The position numbers and the translations under genes were made by a program. The notes beneath the pieces were generated by a model that was given only the letters and a program-made list of their open reading frames with translations, had not been told where the DNA came from and did no database searches. 64,000 nt of DNA, taken from positions 7,130,001-7,194,000 of the forward strand of contig CP075497.1 in the NCBI GenBank assembly GCA_021613535.1. Direction: 5' to 3'. The stretch is from Adineta vaga (taxonomy: Eukaryota; Animalia; Rotifera). Below, in pieces: positions 24,772 to 37,251 of the stretch (the first letter of the stretch is position 1; each line of letters opens with the position of its first letter).

Positions 24772-26544
24772 TCATCGAGGCATCCTAAAGAAAAAACAAA
24801 CTCCATATAATATAGTCTTCTTTTTTCCTGAACAGAATATCCTTACCCATTCCTCAGGATTTTCATTTCCGATGAAAAAATCAATTGATTCACCTAGAAA
24901 AATTTCATTAGAAAAAAAACTAAAATCGCTCCGTCTAATCTTCATACTCCTTTCTTCAGTTTTCACATTATGTAAATCCATATGTACTAAAGAGAGAATG
25001 ATAAATAATAGAATTTTCTCATTTAAAAATATATTACTTAGAGGTATTGTCGTTTCAAAATCACTTGTTAATTTCTAAATCAAATTAATTGAATTGTTGA
25101 AATCTATTTTTGTTCGTTTTCTTACCGAAGTTTTCACTCGTTTTTTAATCGAATCCGATATTCCTGTAAGTGTATCTTGTATTAAATCTTCGTTCTTAAT
25201 AGTTTTCGTCAACATAATTGTTCGTGTGATATCCTTCGCGTGTTGCAAATCAACTTTATGATAATTTCGTAGATGTCGATAGAGATTGACTGCACACGGA
25301 CGATCACACGGAATGTTCTGAACAAATTTAGTGAATTTTTTTAAATGAGATTTTGATTGATGTGTATGTTTATCTGTTGAATGATTTGAATAGGGACATA
25401 CACATTTGTATGGAACAATATCGATTTCTTCGGCAATAGTACTATTCTTTGAATTCGAAGAATTAGTGGGCATTGTTGTTATAGTAGATTGTTGTGTGGA
25501 AATATTTTGCAAAAGATCATTAATCACTGTTGATTCAGTACCGGTGCGAATAGCACGAATGAGACGAAGAGCAAGTTCACCACTCATTTGATGATAATGC
25601 CTATAAATACATGGATATATTCTTTTATCAACGATATGAAATACATACTGTAGATGAGCGAATAACAAAAATTTTTCATTGATTTTTGTGCATGGCATAT
25701 TAAAGAATGGTTGTTCATGAATAGATTCCGTTTTGGTTAATGGACAATAATGTCGAAATCTTCGATCATCATTATAAATATTACTAAAATATATAACAAA
25801 TCAATCATTAAGCTTTAAAGATTAAAAATTTCATTTACGGATTAGTATTTAAAACCACATCATCCTTTTGAAATAGAATAATTTCTCTAATATCGTTTTC
25901 AATGGATGATTTTTGTCGACTTTCAATTGATGATGACATAATTGCTTTGACGATTTTCTTCGCTGATTTTATATTTAGATTATGTGAAACACGTAAATGT
26001 GATAATAATAAACATTGTTTGTGATGACGGCAATCGAAATTTTTTATCTTATGATTTAAACATGTTAAATTATACACATTAGTAAAACCGTAAGAAAATG
26101 GGCATTGTCCTTTATGCCAATGGACTGAATGTGAAAATAATTCTTGTGTACTATTGAATATTAGTGGAGATTTTTTCTTTCGATTTGGATTAATTGTGTT
26201 CATACGATCGAGAACGATTTTATTTGCTAAGAAACATATAAATAAAAATTTATTTATTTATTTATTTATTTATTTATAAAATAAAAGACTCTACCGGCAG
26301 TATTTGACAGATTGTGTTTATACATCAAGTGTTTCTTTAAAGATATATGTTCTGTTTTGTCACAACAAGGGAAGTTTGGCATATTGAAACTTAAATTAAA
26401 AGAAAACAAAACAAAAACAAAAAAAGTTGATTTGACACTTTTAGAAAAGTTAACTTTTGTTTTTTACCTTTTTTTAATTCCATAGATTCCATAATGTGTT
26501 AACGGACAAATACCTTCGAAACTATGAATGACTTTTTCACTCAT
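24772..26544 (-). CDS. Lineage-specific protein with repeated CP..C..HL...H (CCHH-like) modules
   Basis: Repeats: CPFSYG..CRHHKQCLLLSHLRVSHNLNIKSAKKIVKAI; CPLTK..PCTK..LFAHLQYVFH..RHYHQMSGELALRLIRAI; CPYSN..PCDRPCAVNLYRHLRNYHKVDLQHAKDITRTI; N-terminal GICPLTHYGIYG. Exon joins at both ends are uncertain. Confidence 0.6.
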
Positions 26545-26963
26545 TAGAATGCTTACAATTAATTCTGAGAAGTAAAATCAATGATAATTTTGAAAGCAAA
26601 GAAACCAATTGAAGAAAAGAAGGATTAGGGAAGATTTTTGATTGGTAAGAAAAATCGACCAATAGGATATGTTCATGCAATGCAATGTTGAAATACCTAG
26701 TGAAAACAAGTATTGCACAGTTTTGATGACATGTTGTGCAAGATTTTATAGTGCAGGTATATAAGATGAAACCAATCTTTTTACTAAAGCATACAAAGAA
26801 TTAGTTCCGTTAAGAGAAGGAGTACGTAAGCACCGCATTCTATTTTTCTTTCTTAACTTCAGTGACTAAAGATTCTTTGCATGTAACGATCGTTGTATAA
26901 TAAATCTTTCATACCATTAATTCATGTTCTAAGGAGACGGTGAGTATGATTCTGTATCTCGAT

Positions 26964-26965
<2 letters not shown>

Positions 26966-27001
<36 letters not shown>
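26966..27001 (+). repeat. (CAG)12 microsatellite immediately followed by a GT donor-like site
   Basis: Perfect CAG x12 then GTAAC. Confidence 0.9.
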
Positions 27002-27002
<1 letters not shown>

Positions 27003-27385
27003 TAACAAAATAAGGAATAGAGACTGCCTTCAGGATGCAATATGACAAATATAAGACTTATATACATAATGAGTGAGATCTCCATTATATCATACTATAC
27101 TTTCGGCAAAGATATAGTTTTGAGCGTTAGTCGAGATATGTTTTCTATAGAGTGCATCTCCCGTTATAGATTGGTAAGACTAACACACTATTCGATGTAT
27201 ATGTTCAGAAGTAAAACTGCAGTTTCAATGATCAATTTTGTAGATATAATCAAAATCATTTTAATGTAATGTTGTTATTGTTGTCCAGAATATGAATTGG
27301 ACATTTTCTACCACTAAATGATTGCTTGATTTTCATTTGATATTCATGTTTATTTTTTTGTAGATACTCATTTCCTCTCTTTCCA

Positions 27386-30155
27386 ATGTCTACCCGTGCG
27401 GCTAAGAAAGCTAAATTAGATACTTTACCCCTATGTCCTTACGGTAATATAATCATTCTATCTTCTATTCTTTCCTCACGTGATCCTTTCATTACTAGGT
27501 ACTACATGTTATCGTAAAAATCCTGATCATTTCAAAGAATACTCTCACTCCGATCCCACATTGTCTTCCACTACGACGACGTCTGAAGAAGCGAAACCTG
27601 GTTCGTCTAATATTCATCTGATTGTATTTTAAACAAACTTTTTTCAATTATCTTTATAGCTACAAACAAATCATTAACAGTATGTCCCTTCGGTGCAACA
27701 TGCTATCGAAAAAATTTACTTCACTTTGCGGAATTCACTCATCCATTTAATCTTTTGAACCCTAACGATGACAGTAGTGACGAAGAAGAAACAACAACTA
27801 ATTCAAAGAAAAAATTACAAACATCTCCTGTTGGAAAAAAACGAAAAGCTCAAAGTGAAGATTCCGACGATGGTGATAAAACGGAGGAGTACAATTCAGA
27901 CGATGTATGTTATACATAGATATATAATTGATGTTAAGTAACAGACATATTTCTATAGGAGAGCGCCTATGATGTGAAACTTGAAAAAACTTTCTCAAAA
28001 ATGAATGATGACGAGAAACGTTTAATGATTGAAAGAGTAAGTATGACTTCATACGTGTATCAAATATTCAGTTGAATAATTTTTAGGCGTTTGAATTGAA
28101 AGAAAAATTACAAGACAAATTGAAGAAGTCTCGTGAAGAAGCTGAAGAGCGGAAAAAAGAAGTGGAACAACTTCAAACGAAAGTATGTTCTTCTTTATGT
28201 TTTGATCTATTGATAAGTAAATGTCGATGTTACTAGATCACTGAAGGTACTCTATTGATGGAAGGTGAAGAGGAAATACTCAAAGGCACCAAAGTGAAGT
28301 ATTTTGAACTATTTCCAGAACGGAGCTATAAACAAGGTAATACTTATTTCTGAATGAAAGCTTTGTTAGCGATTTATATTTGATATTCTTGTCATATAGG
28401 TTCAGCTGCTGAAGTACATTTTCGTCTGGCAGAATCACAATTTTATCGATTGCTGAGTGGCTATGCTACGTAAGTAATAGGGCACCTGTTTATTAACTAT
28501 TTTCGGAAATGTATTCTTAAATTGAGTAATCTATGATTAGAAATAAGAATGAATCAAAATATATTTGAGCTGAAAAATAATATAATAGAATTCAAAGATC
28601 TCTTGTGAAAAAAATTAACCATTGATTTATGAATATGATTTTGAAAAAGACTTCCGATAATCCTATAAACATTCATGGACTCAAAATATGTGTTCTTCTT
28701 TTGCAGAGCTAGGGTATCAAAAGTAGAATATGTTTGCAATCCAGTACTGATCGAGAAATTTAAGTAAGTACAAAGATCATTGTTTTGAAAATCTAGTAAC
28801 TGATTTGATTTGATTTGATTTATTTAGTAAAGCACGTGAAGAATTAAAAGAAAAACGTGGAGTAGAATACTCCTATCCTGTTTTGGCCTTTCATGGTACA
28901 GCAATAGCAAATATTCAACCAATATGTGAAACTGGTTTCAAAGTACCTGGTTAGTAGAACTTATTTAGACAAATGAATTTATGTAAAGTGACAATTTGTT
29001 AAGGTCAAAAAGGATTCAAACATGCTACTGATACTGGATATTATGGACGTGGAACATATTTCAGTGTAAGATACTTCACACAATGAATATATAAATATAT
29101 CGATCGATATTATATTATAGGAATATCCAGGTTATTCAATGGGATATATCAAAGGTTCAACAAAACTATTATTATGTCAAGTTTTGCAAGGAAAAGTAAG
29201 GCTGCACCTAACACCTAAAAGAAAGATATTGATAAATCTTTTTGATTTCAAAATAGGTGTACAAATGTAGTCAATTGATAACTGGTTCTGGTCTTCAACA
29301 TGTAAGTCATTTTTAATGTTTATACATGTCTTATTCTTCTGACTTGTTTTCCAAAAACTTAGGGCTTCGATTCACATTGTTCACCTTGTCAAAAGGAATT
29401 AGTCATCTTTCAAAGTGAACATATTCTTCCTCAATACATTGTTCACTACCAAGTCAATCCTGGTGAATTCAAATATACAGTATGTCTATTCGGTGAAAAT
29501 CATATCCATTCTAAGATTGTTTGTCTTTTTCATTAGACTCATGGAATAGCTAAAGAAGTACTAAAAAAGAAATTAGAAAAAATTGGAAAATTGTACAAAA
29601 AAACACTTGCGGTGAAAGATAAAACGTAAGAAACATTTATTCAATACATTTCGCAAATTATTATTGATTATTTTTCTATATTAGAATATTCACTGGCTTA
29701 AAAATTGCAATGATCGGTCAAATGGCCGATACACCTATTGCTATGGGCGCTCTAGTACACCGATTCGGTGGCGAAGTTTGCAGTAAGTTTATCGTTTTTC
29801 TTTCAATCAAAGAAGAAGACTTTAATCTCCATATTATTTCATAGAGAATGACCTAGGATCTACTAATAAAAAACCAACGAAAAAATATACTGCCTACGCA
29901 TATTATGACAATAGTAACTACAATGCACCGAATATGATCATTTGTTCGGTAGCTGAAATGGAAGCACAGACGTCATCTACAGAATTACAAGCATATAAGA
30001 ACATCGGTGTAAGTTCATAGTTTTACTTTAAAGCGTAAATGAATTTTTCATTTTCTTTATTGTAGTTTCAAACATTTTATCGAGAAGATTTCCTGTATGA
30101 TTCAATTCTTGCTGGTACAATGAAACCTATGGAAGAGTATGCACATAATTCATAA
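27386..30155 (+). CDS. PARP-family ADP-ribosyltransferase with two N-terminal PBZ (APLF-type) zinc fingers, coiled coil and C-terminal BRCT-like domain
   Basis: PBZ1 CPYGTTCYRKNPDHFKEYSH; PBZ2 CPFGATCYRKNLLHFAEFTH; ART motifs LAFHGT, GYYGRGTYFS, YSMGY, LLLCQVLQGK, GFDSH, KELVIF..HILPQYIVHY; BRCT-like IFTGLKIAMIG..LVHRFGGEV..MIIC..REDFLYDSILAG. Many short introns. Confidence 0.88.
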
Positions 30156-30640
30156 CGATATCGATTGTATATTTAGTTTTGAGAATGTAATTTATATTTA
30201 TGTACAACTGTGATAGTATTTATATTTTTATACCTTGTTTGTTTTTGTTATCAATTTTTTATTTATGAAAGCACGAATTCTCATAAGCAATCAAAAGAGT
30301 GAAATGGTAGCGTATGTTTCTTTTAAATATCTCAGAAAATATGGCATTCGTTTTTGATTGATTTGAAGAATTGCTAGATTTATAACGTCAATGCATTAGA
30401 ATTATCTCTATCGAGTGATTTCATTCGATCATAGTTTATTTCATTATGTCTACGAAAAATAGAAAACACATACTCACAACTCTACACTTTTTTCTCACTC
30501 CCAATTGTTGAATGTTCTTTCCAGCGACGATTTGAGCTTCATGTTACATTGAATCGACAACTATCAAATAGGTTCTGAATGAAAAATGATGTTAATTTTT
30601 ATCTGTTTTGATATTTCATCAAATGTATTTTCCTAAACAA

Positions 30641-31261
30641 TCAAAACAAAGACAAAGGTTCATCAGATTCTAATTTCTTCTTCCAATAGTTTTCTGTCGA
30701 GCCATTTGTCCAACTTGAACTTTTCTGCAATACCATATCGTGTTTTGTATCATTTCTTGTTGATGTTTTATGATGGAAAATTTTTCGACATAGAATCGTT
30801 TTTGTCGTTTGAGACATTTCTAAATGTATACCATAGACAAGAGAATTGATTGATGCTTGAATTTGTTCTAATTTAATTTGGATTTCGTCTGCTTCATTAG
30901 TATCAATTCTTTGTCGTGTATTATGCAGTCGATTACTAATGCGTTGTAATTGATGAAAATGTTTTTGTCTAAATCGATTTAGTTGTTCAACTAATTCTTC
31001 ACGTATTGCACGAAGATGAAAGATTCCATCCGATGAATAGATTTCTTCAGATGATATTTGTTCGAATACTTGTCGATAACATTGTTCAATGTTCATTGAA
31101 TGAAGTTTATGATATAATTGTTGAAGAATATCGTAGAAAGATAAATGACGCTGAAGAAGAGTATTATGATGAAGTATGATATGATTTAAACAAAGAGATT
31201 GTTGACAATCATAACATAATGCACAAGAGGACTGAGCGCAGTTAACTTCATGGCACATCAT
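30641..31261 (-). CDS. B-box-like zinc-binding plus coiled-coil protein
   Basis: CHEVNC..ALCYDCQQSLCLNHIILHH followed by a helical coiled-coil region; the 3' end may be spliced. Confidence 0.65.
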   Translation of the reverse strand: MMCHEVNCAQSSCALCYDCQQSLCLNHIILHHNTLLQRHLSFYDILQQLYHKLHSMNIEQCYRQVFEQISSEEIYSSDGIFHLRAIREELVEQLNRFRQKHFHQLQRISNRLHNTRQRIDTNEADEIQIKLEQIQASINSLVYGIHLEMSQTTKTILCRKIFHHKTSTRNDTKHDMVLQKSSSWTNGSTENYWKKKLESDEPLSLF

Positions 31262-31624
31262 GGTTTGATGTGAGAATTGAATATCGAAGAAGATAAAATT
31301 ATTTGACTGTTTATCGTGTTCTCTTATATTTTGTTTTTTTTTCTTTTCGTTTCTTTTCTTTTCCCTTCTACGAAATGTATATGCGTTCGATCACGAGGAA
31401 TAGATGAGATAAAGAACGTTCAGAGTGACTATTTTATTTGGATAAATTATCGAATTCATAGATTTACTACTGAATTCAAAGTATAACGAAATTTTATCGA
31501 CTGTACTACTTGTTTTTCATTTCTTTCAGTTCAGATGTAAATCAATCGATTGAACCCACGTGACGAAAAGCTGCTTCTTAATATGCTATCTACTTAAAAT
31601 ATGTAGAGTTTTGTATATAAATGC

Positions 31625-32104
31625 TTATTCCAGTTGTATTGTTGAAGACTTGGGATCATTTGACTTATGATAAGAGTTTTCTCTTCTCTGGAATAAAATC
31701 AACTTAATCAAAAGACACAATGTTATTATAATAATAATATAAGATATGATAATTAACAATGGTGAACACCAATACAAGACAGTTGCACATCGAATTTGAT
31801 TTAATGTTTGAGATGCAAGACGAAATGCCATGATGCTGACTACGATTCGTGATCCAATAAGATAAATAAATAACGTGTATGTAACATAGAGATTCCATTT
31901 ATTTGAACCATCATATGCATCATATCGATGTATGATGGCAGCAATGATACTTAAAATAATACCTAAAATGCCAGTAATACCTAAAACCAATGAAAGAAAA
32001 GGTGATGATGGACATTCACCATGATAAAGAACTGATAAAATCACATGGCAGATTGAAACGACAAGTAACAACGAGAGATTAATGAATGAAATAGCAATGA
32101 ACAT
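31625..32104 (-). CDS. Four-TM membrane protein, distant TMEM272-like
   Basis: Four hydrophobic segments, GECPSSPFLS after TM1 and a Cys before TM4 (CATVLYW). Confidence 0.6.
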   Translation of the reverse strand: MFIAISFINLSLLLVVSICHVILSVLYHGECPSSPFLSLVLGITGILGIILSIIAAIIHRYDAYDGSNKWNLYVTYTLFIYLIGSRIVVSIMAFRLASQTLNQIRCATVLYWCSPLLIIISYIIIIITLCLLIKLILFQRRENSYHKSNDPKSSTIQLE

Positions 32105-32964
32105 CGTTCTCGAAATGAATCAATACAGATAAACGTGTATCTTAGTAGAAGTTGTTTGATGAAAAGGAATAAACCTTGTCAGTAGTTATTCTATCATCGC
32201 ATAATAATGGATATTGTCCCATGAATGCAAAGAGAATATCGATGAAAGGTATTAATTTAATAAAGAAAACGAACTTATCGCACTCGTGAAGTACAATAAT
32301 AACTATGCAGTCGTATACTTTTTCTGTTGCACTCTACGATACTTTTGAAACAGTATATAAGTTCTCAATCAATGAGAAACAAATGTGATGATCAGTCAAA
32401 TAGAAAATTGTTTAATATGTTCAAATTGTATTTTTCTGTAAATTAAATTTCATTTATACCAAGAGAAAGAAAAAAAAGAAGAAAAAAAGAGAAGAAAACC
32501 ACAAGTGATCTAATCAAACAAGACAATAATGGTACTTTGACAAACATCTTTCATTTCAAATAACCAACAAACATACTATCCAAATAAATATACAATACAC
32601 ATCAAGTAATCATAGGCACTTGTATGTAGTCGAGTAAGCAATAGATTCAGTTATTGCACAATGCCTTGAACAGAGAGATAGATATAGAGAAATACAGAGA
32701 CAAAAGATCAACTAATAAATAGAGTTTAAGAACGAATCTGACCTCGAATACGCAAACATAAATGAAGTATTATTCTTTTCACAAAACACTGTTATATGTA
32801 GAGAAAAAAGATAGAGAGAGAACGAGAACGAGAAAGTGACTTAAAAAAACACGAACAGACACTTGGTTTGAATATTCATAATACCGGCAGGTTATATGCA
32901 ATAGAAATCCATTTTCTTTGATCTGTTTTTATACATAACTATAAACAGGAAAAATGAGCAATGT

Positions 32965-35900
32965 TTAACTATTTTCATGACCCATTAGTATATGTAAATC
33001 GCATGGTGAAGATGAAAATGGTGTTGTTGTCAGTGCATTGATTGATTGTGAAAGATAATCATCTGGATCGGAAGACTTCGAAGATAAAGATGGACGACTT
33101 TGTAAGACAATTAATCTTTTGAAAAGAAAAATAGAAAAGATTTGTTCGATAGAGAGAATGAGAAAAAAGATTTTTTTCGAAAATAATTACCGATCACTAC
33201 CAATAACTCGAAATGATCGAGTTTGATCGTATACTTCTTGTGTAACTTCATTATCCTTCAAACTTCGACCTTGCATACCATGTTCATGAAAAGCTAGTAC
33301 ACTATCTTGTAAACAAACTGAAAGAAGAAATAACATGTTACTATTACAGATTAATTTTCTTTGATTCTTACCTAATGATCGAACTTCACAATCGAAATGA
33401 AGTTCAGATAATGTTCGTTTACTTGTCCGAGGTTTCCCTTGAGAATTGACAATCGTTACATTATCTAAATAGAAAAGAATTTTACAATTTCACTTAATTT
33501 TAGTTTTCATTCCATAACTTACTTCCATGACAAATAAGTACTGTATCAGCATCTTTTTCATGTTGTATTACATAGGATACGTCAGAAAGAAGTGTCACTA
33601 AACACAAATTATTTCAATTGATTGATCATTCAATTCGATTCAAAACAAAATACAGTATAGAAATCAAGCTCGTACTTACCATCATAATAGTTTTCCATTT
33701 TTTCTGTTTCAAAATTTACTGATGCAAATTTATATGAATTTACCGAAGATTTACTAAACATAATGAAAAGAAAAAACATGTGCGGATACACTCTTCTGAT
33801 AAAATGTTCATTACCTTTTACTAATACCAATACATACAATTGCATATTGATTTTCTGGTGAAAAAATCATTTCAAATATCGGCGGTTCTGCAGGAATTGA
33901 AATTGAAACCGTCTAGAACAATTTGCTGAATACAAAAAAAGGAACACAATTGATTTTCTTAATTACTTTTAAATGCATGAATTTCCTTAGTGGATCATAA
34001 TATTGCATAAGAAAAACTTCATTTGTTAACATGCCCGCAAGATAAATAAAACCATTAAATTGATTTCGTCCAACACAACATCGAATACATCCACGAGTGT
34101 TATTAATTTTAACTGATGTGACTAATTTTCTAGATTAGGAACGAGAAATAGAGATTTATATATGAATGAGATACTTTCTGGTGATTTTACTTTGGCATTA
34201 ATTTTTCAAATTTGTGAGGAAATTGAATTTTGTTCAATTGAAGAGACAATCGTGCTGTACTTTTATTATGAAATAATAGATGAAGATCATGTCGATATAA
34301 AGTATTTGATTTTCCTACGAATCACAAATATTGACTGCGTGTGATAAAGTTTTTCAAGAAATGTGTTACCTGAGATTGACCAGAGAATGTTATCTTTAAC
34401 AAACAACCAAGTTGTTCGTCTAGGATATAGCTAGAAAGAATAAGATAGAAGTGAGAGTGGTATAACTTTTGAAAAGAATTTAATTACTAATTCTAATGTA
34501 GCATCATGAAGTTCATTGAGATTCAACGAATAGACACCTTCTTCAGCAGCAATTAATACGATTTGATCTATTTTAAAAGAAAATAACAAAATTTATAATC
34601 ATATGATTATGCATTATTTCAGTAACTCATCGTAGTATACAGTTAGATTTTTATGTAAAGAAAAGTATTGAATTTACCTCTAGTTTCATTATTAATCCAA
34701 CAATAACTACCATGAATTTCTAATGGGCATTCATTAAATATTTTCATAAATCCAGCGCCCATATGTACTCGTGGTACACTTGGTATTCCATTGGATAATG
34801 TTGATCCAGTTGTTTTGTCTTGTTTAGATTTTATTGTACCATCATCACTCTTTGATTTCAATGTATTATTATTAGTATCAATATTTTCATGCGTCGTTTG
34901 TTGTTCTTTTTTCTTTGTTTTATGTGATTTGGACGGAAATGATATCTGGAATGGTGATCGTTTAATAGTGTTTGTATTATCAATTGTTTCTTCTTCGTCT
35001 TCTTCTTCTTCTACAACATCAGCATCACGCATAACGTCAACGATATGTTTAATTTCATTCAATGCTAAGTCATCAAATGCACTTAATGGTAATTTGGACA
35101 TCAATCGCTATAAAGAAATCATATCACTGAAACTTAATTTTCGTTTTTTTTCTGTTTATTACTTGAATATCTTCGTCAGCTAAACCTAAAGATTTCAATC
35201 TTTGAATATGTTCCGAATTGCCAGTATCTTTATTCCTTGATGGTGGTGGAATGTGTCCACTAAAATTAGAAAGAAAATCAATTTTATTTTTCTGTTTATA
35301 AATTCATCATCAATGTTATATGCGTAAATATATAGATGTCTAGTCATGCTAATAGTTGTGTTTTTTTTTCGATTATGTAACTAGGGAATATGCGTTTTTT
35401 TTTAATTATAGAAAATACCGTCGAGATAATTCGTCCAAAAATGAATCCAAAAGTCCACTAGAGAAAGAGATTTTCAAAAGAAAACGACTCATGTAGTTCG
35501 AATACTTACGTTTCATTGATATTCAAAGTCGAATTCTAAAAATATATCATCAATTAATTCTAGATTCCTATGTTGAAATATGAAATTACTGTATCTGATT
35601 TGGAAGGCGTGCTTCCATTGGTTTGAGATTGATTTGAATCATTGAGAATTGAACTACGAATCAATGGTGGTTGATTGATGTTTGTAAGTATGGAACGAGT
35701 ATCTAAATTATTGTTTTATTCATATAAGTCATGTCTGAAAATGAGTACAATGGTTACTTGATGAAGAAATAGCAGATTGTTCTTTGTTTGAAGTAATCTT
35801 TTTTGGAACATGAAGGTTATTCTACGGTATTTAAAAAAAACAATTAGAAAAAGAAAAGTTAAATAGAATTTATGAACTTTATCATCATCATCTTCATCTG

Positions 35901-37251
35901 CTATTTGATTACTGGTTGCACCATTTCGTAATCGATCTAACAAATCACGTGCAATCGATGCCGTCAAGTTTGCTTGTAAAAATGGATGCTAAACAAAAGA
36001 ATTATTTCCGTAGAAATATGTCAAATGGATTTGTTCATTGACTTACTTCAAGTAGTTTCTCTGCTGATGGTCGTTTTTTCGGATTCTTCGTTAAAGCATA
36101 TTTAACAAAATTTTGAAAGGTTACTGTCCATTTCATTTTATCTTTCAATGTCGGAGGTTTAAAACCTGATTTGGACATTAAAAATAATGCGCGCATCGGA
36201 TGTAAATCAAACATGGGAGGTTGTAATTCAGCAAATTCAATAGCAGTTATTCCAACTGCCCAAATATCACATAAATGATTATAACCACCTTTACGTTCAA
36301 CAGCTGCCACTTCTGGTGCCATCCTATACAATGACAAATGTGAGAAGTTCAACTTCTTGTTTTCAATGCTTGTTTCTTACCAATATGGTGTACCAATAAA
36401 TGATTTACGTTTACATATAGTTGCGGTAATACTTGCAGCAACACCAAAATCAGCTGAATAAGAAAAGATATAACAAAGTTAAAATTTAGAACTTAATTTG
36501 AAATGTATCTATTACCTAATTTTACATTTCCATCATCAGTTAATAAGATATTAGCACCCTATTTATAGGAATCAATGCAAATCTTTGTTTTCCCTTCCAT
36601 TATTTCAATCAAAATCTTACCTTAACATCTCGATGCATTTTTCCATTTTTATGAAGATAATCTAAACCTTTCAATGTTTCTTTAAGAATATATGCTATTT
36701 GTAATTCACCAAGTGGTCCATAAACTATACAAACAATAACATTTAGATTTAAAACAATCAAACACAATCTACAAACCATGATAGATATCTTGCATCGAAC
36801 CACCTGCACAAAGTTCCATAGCAATCCATAATTTGTCACGTCTAAATCAATGAGAATATACATTAACAAACGACAAAGAAATTCTCATTCAATTTATTAC
36901 TTAAGATAACTTCCAAAATAGGCAATAATATTTGGATGACTACATTGTAACATCATAAGAATTTCTTGTTGAATTATATTAAAATCATCACCCGCTTCAA
37001 GCTTAATCACTTTTAGAGCACGCATTGATGCTGTTGGAATATGTCTTGCCTGTGGATAAAACTCATTCCATAATTGAATCTTTAATGAATGAAAGGCTTA
37101 CTTTATAAACATCTCCATATGTACCTGAACCAATACGTTGAATGAGTTCATATTCATCATGTGGACTTGATGTTGAAACAAAATCTAACGATGGATAACG
37201 ATTACTGCTCGTTCCAGCAGCTGAGATTATATCACTAACTACTGTTGACAT
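32965..37251 (-). CDS. MAP4K3: STE20/GCK-I kinase with C-terminal CNH domain (MAP4K3/5, happyhour-like)
   Basis: [69 protein letters not shown]; [18 protein letters not shown]; [18 protein letters not shown]; ILMGHENS*. Confidence 0.93.

Noticed and set aside
13899-28490. TAGGGCACC at about 13900 and about 28478 as possible transposon ends
   Set aside because: Only 9 nt, same orientation, no transposase or target-site duplication.
34791-35183. 130-aa antisense ORF inside MAP4K3
   Set aside because: Mirror of a low-complexity exon on the opposite strand.
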